From positions 18,998 through 82,997 of the forward strand of contig CAIOYH010000010.1 of assembly GCA_903862465.1 (NCBI GenBank): a stretch of 64,000 nt of DNA. The letters are read 5' to 3'. Of this stretch, positions 1-10,222 are shown in pieces. Both the position numbers and the translations under genes were made by a program. The notes under the pieces are model-generated. The model was given only the letters and a program-made list of their open reading frames with translations. It made no database searches and had not been told where the DNA came from. The DNA is from an uncultured bacterium (GTDB lineage: Bacteria; Bacteroidota; Bacteroidia; Bacteroidales; CAIWKO01). Each line of letters begins with the position of its first letter. Within the stretch, counting starts at the first letter, position 1.

Positions 1-887
1 ATCAACAGGGCAACCGTATGATTCATATCGAGGGTAGGGGCAAGCCGGCAGGAAACACGAAGATTGTTCATGAAACCAAAGTCATGGGCAAAACTTTGGA
101 TGGCAACATGAATATCCAACTCGTTCGGCGTGTCGGGTATCAACCCCATACTCGTATTTTTCAGATTTTCACTAATAGTCGCCGTTTCATCCATCAAATT
201 ATGAATAAATCGGTTGCGCTCTGCTTCATCCTCAATAGCATGAATGGTGCTTAGTCTGAATTTGAGTGAAGAGATATAGGGTATAATTTCATCATGTATG
301 GTTATCCCCAAATTCTTCCGTTCGTGTTCTCGCATTTCCACAATATATTTATTCATGTCCTGAAGCTCGGTATTGATGCGCTTGATTTCTACCTCAGCAA
401 GTTTCTCCTGCGTAATATCTTGGTGAATAAACCCATATCGTTCCGGAATTGTTTTATCAGCAAATACGGGAAATGCCACAACACGTAACCACAATTTCTT
501 ATCAGGACGTTTGGAATTTCGTTTATGCAAAAAATAATAACAATCGGGGAAATAAACCACTTCGCCTTGTTTCAGACGATCAAAAAAAGGTGTCAAGCCT
601 TGTGCTATCAATTGCGCATCCGTGAAAATGCTGTAGGTTTTTGTGGGTTTTTCTTCAAATATGGTAACGAAGGCATCGTTCACAGTTTTTGATTTGCCTT
701 TTTTGTCCACCACCTGAACCGACAAAGGATTGGTTTCAATGATACGGTTCAATGTCTCTTCCACTAGCGTAATCCGTTTCAACTTTGATTCGCAGCTTTT
801 GAGTTTTTTATTGATTTTCTCCACCTCTTTTATGAGGGCGATGTTCTCTTCTAAAAGGTGTGCATTTACTTTTTGCGCTTCTTCCAT
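1..887 (-). CDS. Sensor histidine kinase, N-terminal part only (coiled coil, PAS-like segment, HisKA_3-type H-box); continues past the window start
   Basis: Absent from the ORF track because it has no stop codon in the window. Manual minus-strand translation from the ATG at 885-887 gives MEEAQKVNAHLLEENIALIKEVEKINKKL...PLSVQVVDKKGKSKTVNDAFVTIFEE...REHERKNLGITIHDEIIPYISSLKFRL... and stays open to position 1. The HERK...HDxxxxxL box resembles the phospho-His motif of NarL/DesK-type kinases. Confidence 0.7.
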   Translation of the reverse strand, partial: MEEAQKVNAHLLEENIALIKEVEKINKKLKSCESKLKRITLVEETLNRIIETNPLSVQVVDKKGKSKTVNDAFVTIFEEKPTKTYSIFTDAQLIAQGLTPFFDRLKQGEVVYFPDCYYFLHKRNSKRPDKKLWLRVVAFPVFADKTIPERYGFIHQDITQEKLAEVEIKRINTELQDMNKYIVEMREHERKNLGITIHDEIIPYISSLKFRLSTIHAIEDEAERNRFIHNLMDETATISENLKNTSMGLIPDTPNELDIHVAIQSFAHDFGFMNNLRVSCRLAPTLDMNHTVALL

Positions 888-1002
888 GATATTGGGGATT
901 AGAATGCAAAAATAAAAAATATTTTTTAAATATTATGATTTTTAACTTTCCTGTTTCGTTAAAAACATTTTTGCCATGACTCCCTATATAGCTGCACAAT
1001 AG

Positions 1003-1308
1003 CGAAACCTACCCCCCATAAACAACAAATTCGCACCTTTTGGGATGCGAATATGTTTTTTAAAAAAGATGTTCTTTTTTAGGGTTTGTTTAATGACTTG
1101 CGATTCTATCTTTATCAATCTAAAATCACAAATCTCTAAATTATATCGTTGAATAAAAATAGCTCCTCCATTACGAAACCTACCCCCCCCCATAAACAAC
1201 AAATTCGCACCTTTTGGGATGCGAATCTGTGTTTCGAAAAAGATGTTCTTTTTAGGATTTGTTTAATGACTTGCGAATCTATCTTTATTAATCATAAATC
1301 ACAAATCT
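1003..1308. repeat. Two direct copies (1003-1135 and 1174-1308, offset 171 bp) of a ~135-bp intergenic unit containing a hairpin
   Basis: Both copies read cgaaacctaccccc..cataaacaacaaattcgcaccttttgggatgcgaat..gatgttctttttt?agg?tttgtttaatgacttgcga(a)tctatcttta..aatcacaaatct. They contain the hairpin ATTCGCAcc-tttt-ggGATGCGAAT. The C-run is 6 nt in copy 1 and 9 nt in copy 2. Confidence 0.85.
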
Positions 1309-1322
1309 AAAATCAGAATCTC

Positions 1323-1955
1323 TTAATGTTTGCTCAAGTAATCAGCAACTCCGTCAGAAGTAGCTTTCATACCATCTTTGCCTTTTTGCCAATTGGCAGG
1401 ACATACTTCACCGTTTTCTTCAAAAAACTGTAAAGCATCCACCATGCGCAATGCTTCGTCCACATTTCTGCCCAAAGGCAAATCATTCACCAACTGATGA
1501 CGAACCACACCGGTTTTGTCTATCAAAAACAATCCACGATAGGCAACAGGTGCACCCATAAATACGGCTTCACCTTCTTCGTCATAATCATAATCGCCTG
1601 CCAAAACACCATAGTTTTCAGCAATAGTTTTCGACAAATCGGCTACCAATGGAAATGTAACGCCTTTGATGCCACCTTTGTTTTTTTCTGTTTGCAACCA
1701 TGCCCAATGCGAAAATTTCGAATCTATAGAACATCCAACTACGGCTGTATTTCTTTTTTCGAATTCGTCCAATTTATCTTGAAAAGCAAGAATTTCGGTA
1801 GGACAAACAAAAGTAAAATCTAATGGATAAAAGAAAAACACAACATGTTTCTTTCCAATAAACTGTGTCAATGAAAAATCATCAACGAATTCTGAGCCGT
1901 TCACAACGGCATCTGTTTTAAAAGCCGGAGCTTTTTTACCAACTAATGTACACAT
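1323..1955 (-). CDS. ahpC: Typical 2-Cys peroxiredoxin (AhpC/Tsa family)
   Basis: 210 aa. Peroxidatic Cys motif FFFYPLDFTFVCPTE and resolving Cys motif GEVCPANW. Confidence 0.9.
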   Translation of the reverse strand: MCTLVGKKAPAFKTDAVVNGSEFVDDFSLTQFIGKKHVVFFFYPLDFTFVCPTEILAFQDKLDEFEKRNTAVVGCSIDSKFSHWAWLQTEKNKGGIKGVTFPLVADLSKTIAENYGVLAGDYDYDEEGEAVFMGAPVAYRGLFLIDKTGVVRHQLVNDLPLGRNVDEALRMVDALQFFEENGEVCPANWQKGKDGMKATSDGVADYLSKH

Positions 1956-2001
1956 AATTTTTTTATTTTTTTGATTAGTAATTTAAATAGGTACTCGAAT
2001 G

Positions 2002-2009
2002 CAAAATTA
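2002..2009 (-). promoter_or_regulatory. Candidate Bacteroidota -7 box (TAATTTTG on the minus strand) for ahpC
   Basis: The plus strand reads caaaatta, about 47 nt upstream of the ahpC ATG. It matches the TAnnTTTG consensus of Bacteroidota sigma-A promoters. Confidence 0.35.
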
Positions 2010-2021
2010 CTACTTTTTTCG

Positions 2022-2774
2022 CTAATGCAATACAATTGACAATAATATTGTTGCTCCGAAGCCTAAAACTATCACAAAAAACTTTTTAAAATTGAAGCGA
2101 TGGTTCTCGTCTGACTCAAAAAGAATCGTAGTGGATATATGCAGAAATATACCTACCACCATGGCTAAAACGTAATCAAAGAAATGAGCATATTGCGAAA
2201 TAAGTCCTTCGCCGACATAATAACTTGTTATGGTTCCTAGCGGAGATGCCAACGCAAAAATGATTAATAAAATAATTGCTTTGAGTTTCGGCAAACCTGT
2301 ATGCAGAAACAAACTAACGAGTACAATGGAAATGGGGATATTATGGATAATGATTCCTGTCAATAAAGTACTTTTAATTAATTCATTTTGAAAATTGCTT
2401 GACAAAGGCATCCCTTCCAAAAAGGAGTGGATGCATATCCCTATCATGATTCCCCAAAAACTAAAATGTTCGTGCTTCTCGCGACAAGGTTGATCGAGCT
2501 TTTCATGATGACTGTGGTGACCATGTTCAACGCCTTTTGTCAGGAAATCGAGCAGCAGTTGAATGAAAAAGCCCAACAAGACAAATAAGCCAATCAGGGT
2601 AGATTCAGAAGAATAAATTTCAGGAATGATCTCGACAAAGGTCAAGGATAGCAAGAATGCGCCCCCAAAGGCAAGTATCAATTTCAGGGATTTTTCACCT
2701 GTTTTAAAAAGAAATACTGAAAGTCCGCCTAAAAGAACGGGAAAAAATAATGCCGAAAATACAATTATATTCAT
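2022..2774 (-). CDS. ZIP family divalent metal (zinc) transporter
   Basis: 250 aa polytopic membrane protein. His-rich loop GVEHGHHSHHEK; motifs HSFLEGMP and IIHNIPISI are typical of ZupT/ZIP permeases. Confidence 0.85.
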   Translation of the reverse strand: MNIIVFSALFFPVLLGGLSVFLFKTGEKSLKLILAFGGAFLLSLTFVEIIPEIYSSESTLIGLFVLLGFFIQLLLDFLTKGVEHGHHSHHEKLDQPCREKHEHFSFWGIMIGICIHSFLEGMPLSSNFQNELIKSTLLTGIIIHNIPISIVLVSLFLHTGLPKLKAIILLIIFALASPLGTITSYYVGEGLISQYAHFFDYVLAMVVGIFLHISTTILFESDENHRFNFKKFFVIVLGFGATILLSIVLH

Positions 2775-2813
2775 CTGTAATTAAATTTGAAACACAAAGA
2801 TACTAATTAACTC

Positions 2814-4154
2814 TTACGAATGGCTTTTTATTTTATGTCCCCACAGTGCATAATAAAGTATCACCAAATAACAAGGTATCGCAATCCAATACGCTTGCTG
2901 CGTACTTTGCAATAGGTTGGTCAACCATCCATATACTAAAGGCAATGTAGCACCGCCCGCAATTGCCATGATAAGCAAAGCTGAGCCCAATTTGGTGTAT
3001 TTCCCAACGCCATTCAAAGCAAGGGGCCAAATCGCGGGCCATACCAACGAATTGGCAATGCCCAACAGAGCAATAAATAAAACCGTGTAGGGGATTAAAA
3101 GTCTGACGGGTTCAAAAGTCGCTAAATCAATAAAGGGAATTTCGAATCGAAGCGAGGATGGCACAAAAATAGCTGCCAAAGTAAATATTATACCCAAAAC
3201 AGCACATACTGCTAAAGCTGTTTTTTGAGAAATTACTTTTGGAATTAATGCCACGCCGAAAAAGTATCCAATCACCATAAAAATCAACACTAATGAGGTG
3301 AAATATTTTGCAGAGTCCATCGCAATCCCCAAAGAATCTCCGTAGCGAATGATGGTATCGCCTGCAATAACTTCAACACCTACATAGAAAAACAAAGCAA
3401 CAACCCCCAACAACAAATGCGGATAATGAAATATGCTTTTGTGCGTATGCTGTGCAGCATCTGTAACGTCATCTTCTTCAGGATTAATTTCGGGTAGATG
3501 TGCTAAACGTATCATGATGGCTAAAGCAGCCAAAAAGATTGCCAACAACAAATAAGGTACAATCATGCGTTGGGCTAATTCATCGAGCAAAGTAGTGCGT
3601 TGGGTTAAATCTGTTAACTCGGCAAGTTTGGCTTTTATGGCTTCCGCATCTTTCAATAAAATAGATGCTAATAGAATTGGCGCCAACACCCCGGCAACTT
3701 TATTGCAAATCCCCATGATGCTAATGCGCTTGGCAGCACTTTCAATAGGTCCAAGTATAGTTACATAGGGGTTAACTGCCGTTTGTAATAATGCCAAACC
3801 GGTGCCTAAAACAAATAAACCTACTAAAAATAAAAAGTACGAACGCGTCATGGCAGCAGGAATAAAAATGAGGGCACCCAAAGCCATCACCCCCAAACCA
3901 ATGGTCATACCATTGCGGAAACCTACGCGTTCTAATATTTTTGAGGAAGGAATTGCCATTACAAAATAGGAAATGTAGAAGGCAAATGTCACTAAATAAG
4001 CAACCACATCCGATAGCTCGCATGCTGTTTTCAAAAATTGAATTAATGCTCCATTGAGCCATGTTACAAATCCAAAAAGGAAAAATAATAGTCCGATTAA
4101 TGAAATAGAAAATAGATAATCTTTTCGCTTTTGAGCGCTGTCGTTTTGAATCAT
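2814..4154 (-). CDS. MFS sugar transporter, glucose/galactose-fucose permease (FucP/GluP) type
   Basis: 446 aa with about 12 TM segments. The N-terminal FLFGFVTWLNGALI and central hydrophilic loop are typical of the FucP/GluP subfamily. Confidence 0.8.
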   Translation of the reverse strand: MIQNDSAQKRKDYLFSISLIGLLFFLFGFVTWLNGALIQFLKTACELSDVVAYLVTFAFYISYFVMAIPSSKILERVGFRNGMTIGLGVMALGALIFIPAAMTRSYFLFLVGLFVLGTGLALLQTAVNPYVTILGPIESAAKRISIMGICNKVAGVLAPILLASILLKDAEAIKAKLAELTDLTQRTTLLDELAQRMIVPYLLLAIFLAALAIMIRLAHLPEINPEEDDVTDAAQHTHKSIFHYPHLLLGVVALFFYVGVEVIAGDTIIRYGDSLGIAMDSAKYFTSLVLIFMVIGYFFGVALIPKVISQKTALAVCAVLGIIFTLAAIFVPSSLRFEIPFIDLATFEPVRLLIPYTVLFIALLGIANSLVWPAIWPLALNGVGKYTKLGSALLIMAIAGGATLPLVYGWLTNLLQSTQQAYWIAIPCYLVILYYALWGHKIKSHS

Positions 4155-4186
4155 TTTAATAGGATTAGGGATAAAACAATATTGTC

Positions 4187-4212
4187 TGTAAACGTTTGAG
4201 TTTACAAAAATA
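4187..4212 (-). promoter_or_regulatory. Candidate promoter -7 box (TATTTTTG, minus strand, 4205-4212) overlapping the inverted repeat TGTAAAC-N6-GTTTACA (4187-4206) upstream of the sugar transporter
   Basis: The sequence tgtaaacgtttgagtttaca is a dyad lying 33-52 nt upstream of the ATG at 4154. The -7 box lies directly upstream of it on the gene strand. Confidence 0.35.
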
Positions 4213-4304
4213 TATAAAATGATTAAACTATGGCAAAAATATTTGAAACAAACGAAATAAATTCGTTTGTTTCAAATATAAATCTTTACCGTGAAAGGAA
4301 ATTT

Positions 4305-5057
4305 TTAGGTTGTTGAATCTTCTGGAAGCGGCTCGTTCTTCACTTCCAATTTAAAGCCTGTGCCGTGAACATTGGTGATACAAACGTTGTCATCATCTCT
4401 TAGATATTTTCTAAGACGTGTAATGAAAACATCCATACTTCTGCCTGTAAAATAATCGCTATCACCCCAAATAGATTTTAACGCAATCTCACGATGAACC
4501 AATCTGTTTTTGTTTACCACTAAAAGTTTCAACAAATCAGCTTCCTTACGAGTTAGATATTGATCTCCGTTAGGAGTTTTCAAAATCATGTTGGTGTAAT
4601 CAAAGGTAAATTTGCTTAAAATAAATTTCTCCAAATTATCCATTAGAGGGAAATATGCTTTTTTCTTTACACGACGAAGAATAGCTTCAATACGTAAGCT
4701 TAATTCTTCTGTGCTAAAAGGTTTTGTGATGTAATCATCACAACCAATTTGAAAACCTTTAATACGGTCTTCTTTTTGGTTCTTCGCCGTCAAAAATACG
4801 ATGGGAATATCTTTGTTAGTTCTTCTGATTTCCTTGGCAATAGTGAATCCATCTTTTTTTGGAAGCATAATGTCGAGGATAATCAAATCAAAATACTGCG
4901 ATTTGAACAAGTCAAATGCGTCTTCACCGTTGTCGGCAAAGATAGTGTCATACATTAAAATTTCTAAGTAGTCTTTTAAAACTAAACTTAGGTTAGGATC
5001 GTCCTCTACGAGTAAAATCCTTGCTTTACTGTTACTTGGTGTCATGCTCATATTCAT
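4305..5057 (-). CDS. Response regulator, OmpR/PhoB-type winged-helix output
   Basis: Receiver domain ARILLVEDDPNL...DLIILDIMLPKKDG...FLTAK, followed by a C-terminal trans_reg_C-like LTRKEADLLKLL...VFITRLRKYL. I chose the internal start (MNMSMTP) because the ORF-track start lies deep inside the upstream kinase. Alternative starts are 5051 and 5045. Confidence 0.9.
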   Translation of the reverse strand: MNMSMTPSNSKARILLVEDDPNLSLVLKDYLEILMYDTIFADNGEDAFDLFKSQYFDLIILDIMLPKKDGFTIAKEIRRTNKDIPIVFLTAKNQKEDRIKGFQIGCDDYITKPFSTEELSLRIEAILRRVKKKAYFPLMDNLEKFILSKFTFDYTNMILKTPNGDQYLTRKEADLLKLLVVNKNRLVHREIALKSIWGDSDYFTGRSMDVFITRLRKYLRDDDNVCITNVHGTGFKLEVKNEPLPEDSTT

Positions 5058-6357
5058 TAGTTTTAGTGTAATTAAAAGGAAAATATAATTCAAATACTGA
5101 ACCTTTGTGAAGTTCACTTCGAATAAGCGTTATTGTACCACCATGGGCATCCATTACAGATTTGACATAATACAAGCCCAACCCAAATCCTTTCACATCA
5201 TGTATGTCGCCTGTATGAACTCTGAAGAATTTTTTAAAAATATTTTTATGATCCGACATGTCTATGCCTCTGCCATTATCTTCAACCATTATAGCAATAC
5301 CGTCCAATTTATTTACTGTGGAAACCTTTATATGTGGATTTTCTTGTGAGTACTTAATGGCGTTGTCCAACATATTGGTGATGACATTGATAAAATGGAG
5401 TTCATCAACATTGACTAACGATTGGTCGGCATTAAGTTCGGTAGTTATAACTCCTTGCTTTTCTTTTATCATCAGATTAAAGATATCCACAGAATTTTCT
5501 ATGACTTTATGCGCTTCAACAGGAACAGGATTGATTTCAAGTTCTCTTTTATCAAGAAGAGTGATTTGCAAAACCTGTTCTACTTGATTCCGTAAACGTA
5601 AATTTTCATCATAAATGATATTCGCATATTTTCGTATTTTATCGGCATGCCCGGAAATATCACGAGTCATCAGCATTTCGGAAGCTACCGAAATAGTAGA
5701 TATCGGCGTTTTAAACTCATGTGTCATATTATTGATAAAGTCGTTTTTCATTTCAGAAATCTTCTTTTGTCGAATGACAGCAAATATGACATACAAAAAT
5801 GAAGTAATCACGATAAAAAGAAAACATCCCGACAACACCAACAACCATAAAAACATGCGGCGAATAATCAAATGCTTCTCATTCGGAAAATACACCGTCA
5901 AATACAAGCTTCCGTGATATATACTACTCAAGTTAACTCTATGTTTTGAATCACAGATGGCTTTATAATGTTCGGGCATGGAATTGCCATATAGAATTCT
6001 GTTTGTTGTGGTGTCTATGATAGCAAATACATAATCCTTTTGCGCCTTAAAACAACCCAATTCATCAACAAGGAGGGTGTCTATTCCTAATGTTATATCT
6101 CGAAGTAATAACTTTTCGGAAGAAATAGTGTCGGGCTTTTTTGCCATCGAATCGCTAGGATTCTGAATAGCTTTCTTTTCCTTTTCGTAGAAATCAACAT
6201 GATCCACCACATTTGATAAGCCCTCAGCCACCATATTGTCGAACTGTTCCGAACGAAGACGGATGGCTCGATTTATCCATACAAATTGCGACACAACAAT
6301 TCCGATAACAGAAATTGTTGTTATAAGCGCAATCAAATATAGAAAATTCTTTTTCAT
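5032..6357 (-). CDS. Sensor histidine kinase (HisKA + HATPase_c), two TM segments
   Basis: 441 aa. H-box FINNMTHEFKTPIS, N-box MLDNAIKYS, G-boxes DNGRGI and GFGLGL. The 3' end overlaps the response regulator start. Confidence 0.9.
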   Translation of the reverse strand: MKKNFLYLIALITTISVIGIVVSQFVWINRAIRLRSEQFDNMVAEGLSNVVDHVDFYEKEKKAIQNPSDSMAKKPDTISSEKLLLRDITLGIDTLLVDELGCFKAQKDYVFAIIDTTTNRILYGNSMPEHYKAICDSKHRVNLSSIYHGSLYLTVYFPNEKHLIIRRMFLWLLVLSGCFLFIVITSFLYVIFAVIRQKKISEMKNDFINNMTHEFKTPISTISVASEMLMTRDISGHADKIRKYANIIYDENLRLRNQVEQVLQITLLDKRELEINPVPVEAHKVIENSVDIFNLMIKEKQGVITTELNADQSLVNVDELHFINVITNMLDNAIKYSQENPHIKVSTVNKLDGIAIMVEDNGRGIDMSDHKNIFKKFFRVHTGDIHDVKGFGLGLYYVKSVMDAHGGTITLIRSELHKGSVFELYFPFNYTKTNEYEHDTK

Positions 6358-6607
6358 GATACAAATGTAAATATATTTACTCTAATAAGTCAAATGTTAA
6401 AATGTTTAACCTATATTTAACAAGGGTGTTTTTTCGAAAAACCTCTTGAAATCCTTATGTTTCTAGCGATTTGTAGATTCTATTTATGAATTATGTCTTT
6501 GATGATTTTTTATTAAAAATTTTATCGCAGCAATTTTTTAAAGAACCTTTGAATCCAAATTAAAGTTCCTTTTAAAGGAAAATATATTTATCCATTCACC
6601 GAAAACT

Positions 6608-7363
6608 TTATTGGCAATTACAACTCTTCGAAAAAATAATATCTGTGTTGGGCAGCATATCCAACATGCGTTTTTGTCTTTCGAAATTGATCGCAATTAC
6701 ACGCATATCCACTACTTTCAATGTGTTTTTCAGTTTTGTGATTTCGTCGGGGAATACGCGAATCATATTTCCCCATAAATCCATATAATTCAGTTTTACA
6801 AGATTGCCAATTTCGGGTGGCAAAACCTCTATATCATTTAGATTCAAAATTAAGGATTTCAGGGCAACCAAATTGCCTATGGAAGACGAAAGCATTTTTA
6901 ATTTATTTACGGAAGCATCAAAACTGCTCAATTTCACGAGCAAACCAATCTGCGGTGGCAAATTATAAATCTTATTCTTTGAAATGTTCAATATAGTTAG
7001 ATTCACCAAATCGCCAATGCCCGGTGGAATTTCTGTTAGTTTATTGCGCGATAGGTTCAAAATCTTTAGATGAACCAATTTGCCAATACTATCCGGTATT
7101 TCTCTTATCCCGGTCCCCGAAAGATTTAATTCCTGCAGATTCGTGAACATCAAGATTTCGGAGGGAAAAGACTTCAAATGCTGATTCCTCAGAATAAGCC
7201 TATACACTTGCTTCGGGTTTTTCGTCGCCAATTCGAGCGACGTATAAATCGTTTCGTTTGCCAAAGTAATCGAATCCGAGTTTTGAGCTAGAGACACGTT
7301 AATATTGAAAAGCAATATCCAACAAACGATAATACCCATATATATATGTATAGGTTTACTCAT
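6608..7363 (-). CDS. Secreted leucine-rich repeat (LRR) protein
   Basis: 251 aa. Signal peptide, then about 7 consecutive 23-aa LxxLxxLxLxxNxLxxLPxxIGxL repeats. Its start overlaps the ribF stop by 8 nt. Confidence 0.85.
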   Translation of the reverse strand: MSKPIHIYMGIIVCWILLFNINVSLAQNSDSITLANETIYTSLELATKNPKQVYRLILRNQHLKSFPSEILMFTNLQELNLSGTGIREIPDSIGKLVHLKILNLSRNKLTEIPPGIGDLVNLTILNISKNKIYNLPPQIGLLVKLSSFDASVNKLKMLSSSIGNLVALKSLILNLNDIEVLPPEIGNLVKLNYMDLWGNMIRVFPDEITKLKNTLKVVDMRVIAINFERQKRMLDMLPNTDIIFSKSCNCQ

Positions 7364-8285
7364 AAAGTTTTTTCAGAACCATTTCCTTATCGCGATCCAA
7401 TTGATGAATAAGTTCAGGGACACTATCAAATTTCACTTCGCTGCGTATATAATTTTCAAAAATCACTTTTATAGTTTGCCCATAAATATCTCGATCGAAA
7501 TCAAAGATATTTACTTCAACGCTTAAGGTGGGATTTGCAAATGTTGGATTATAACCAATATTACACATACCATTATATATAACGCCATCGACCTCAGCCT
7601 TCACACCATAAACGCCATTGCCGGGAATAAGTTTCAAGCTATCACCCATTTTAATGTTCGCGGTTGGGAAGCCGATTGTTCTGCCAATTCTGCGCCCTTC
7701 TACCACTTCACCTGACATAGAATAATGATAGGTAAGCATGGCATTTGCTTCTTCAATAACATGATTTTCGATTAGGTGTCGAATCTTGGTGGAGCTTGCC
7801 ACAATATTGTTTTCCGACTGCCCTGCAATTTCTTCTACCTGATAGCCATACATTTTTCCCATTTCCAACAAGGTTTCATGATTCCCCGAACGTTTGTTGC
7901 CAAAATGATGATTGAAACCCATTACAACATATTTGCAATGAAGAGCTTTAGCCAAAAAATCTTTCACATATACTTCATAGGGTGTAGCCGCAAACTCTTT
8001 GGTAAAATCCACCACAAACACATTGTCTATGCCCAACTGTTCGAAAATCAAAAGTTTTTCGTCCAATGTTGTCAATAGTTTTAATTTAAAATCATCCATG
8101 GCAAGTGCAATTCTTGGATGCGGTTCAAACGTAATCACCACCGATTGCAATCCCTGTTCTTTTGCAATAGTTGTCATGCGATTTAAAATGGAACGATGCC
8201 CTTTATGTATGCCATCAAAAGTACCTGTCGAGACCACAGAAATAAAATTCTTTGGTATCTCTTTTGTGTTTCTAATTATCTTCAA
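7356..8285 (-). CDS. ribF: Bifunctional riboflavin kinase / FMN adenylyltransferase
   Basis: 309 aa. GTFDGIHKGH nucleotidyltransferase motif and C-terminal GRRIGRTIGFPTAN riboflavin kinase motif. Confidence 0.92.
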   Translation of the reverse strand: MKIIRNTKEIPKNFISVVSTGTFDGIHKGHRSILNRMTTIAKEQGLQSVVITFEPHPRIALAMDDFKLKLLTTLDEKLLIFEQLGIDNVFVVDFTKEFAATPYEVYVKDFLAKALHCKYVVMGFNHHFGNKRSGNHETLLEMGKMYGYQVEEIAGQSENNIVASSTKIRHLIENHVIEEANAMLTYHYSMSGEVVEGRRIGRTIGFPTANIKMGDSLKLIPGNGVYGVKAEVDGVIYNGMCNIGYNPTFANPTLSVEVNIFDFDRDIYGQTIKVIFENYIRSEVKFDSVPELIHQLDRDKEMVLKKLYE

Positions 8286-8363
8286 AATTTCCCCGAATTA
8301 AAATATTTCTGCAAAATTAAAAGATATTTTTGACGAAAAGCCTTTTTTTATTTTTAAAAATAG

Positions 8364-8371
8364 TATTTTTG
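8364..8371 (+). promoter_or_regulatory. Candidate -7 box TATTTTTG upstream of atpD
   Basis: Matches TAnnTTTG, 74 nt upstream of the atpD ATG. Confidence 0.35.
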
Positions 8372-8414
8372 TAGATTATTTTTTTTAGCATAGTTTTCAA
8401 GCTAACAAAAATAG

Positions 8415-9950
<1,536 letters not shown>

Positions 9951-9970
9951 TTCATCTAAACAAAAACAGT

Positions 9971-10207
9971 ATGCTTATAGAAATAATTTCACCTGAAACC
10001 ACAATCTTTTCCGGAGAAGTTCGCCGCGCGAAATTCCCCGGGAAAGACGGTTCCTTCGAAGTGCTCAACAACCACGCGCCTATTGTTGCTGTTCTGAAAA
10101 AAGGCAAAATCCGATTGATTGATATGCAAAATCAAACCACTTTTTATGAGGTTAACGGTGGCGTTGTGGAGATGCAAAAAAACAAAATCATTGTATTAGC
10201 CGAATAG
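9971..10207 (+). CDS. atpC: F1 ATP synthase subunit epsilon (short form lacking the C-terminal helical hairpin)
   Basis: 78 aa beta-sandwich-like sequence immediately after atpD. PGKDGSFEVLNNHAPIVAVL is typical of epsilon. Confidence 0.85.
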   Translation: MLIEIISPETTIFSGEVRRAKFPGKDGSFEVLNNHAPIVAVLKKGKIRLIDMQNQTTFYEVNGGVVEMQKNKIIVLAE

Positions 10208-10222
10208 TTCAATAATAATTTT

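Noticed and set aside
1-915. Plus-strand ORFs 18-254, 294-488 and 730-915.
   Set aside because: They lie antisense to a continuous minus-strand frame that encodes a PAS/HisKA_3 kinase with a recognisable H-box.
984-1202. Small ORFs in the ahpC-kinase spacer (808-999 and 984-1202, minus strand).
   Set aside because: They are translations of the duplicated 135-bp repeat (MGGRFRY / MGGGRFRNGG from the C/G tract). The repeat structure explains the open frame.
5058-5117. N-terminal extensions of ORF-track ORFs: response regulator 5058-5117, TolC 17532-17612, Gly-rich protein 28826-28933, 34291-34353, 36964-37179, 37031-37138, 39646-39759, 57806-57895 and 60687-60746.
   Set aside because: In each case an internal Met begins a canonical signal peptide or the conserved family N-terminus. 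The extension is AT-rich, overlaps a neighbouring gene or promoter-like box, or has no similarity to the family.
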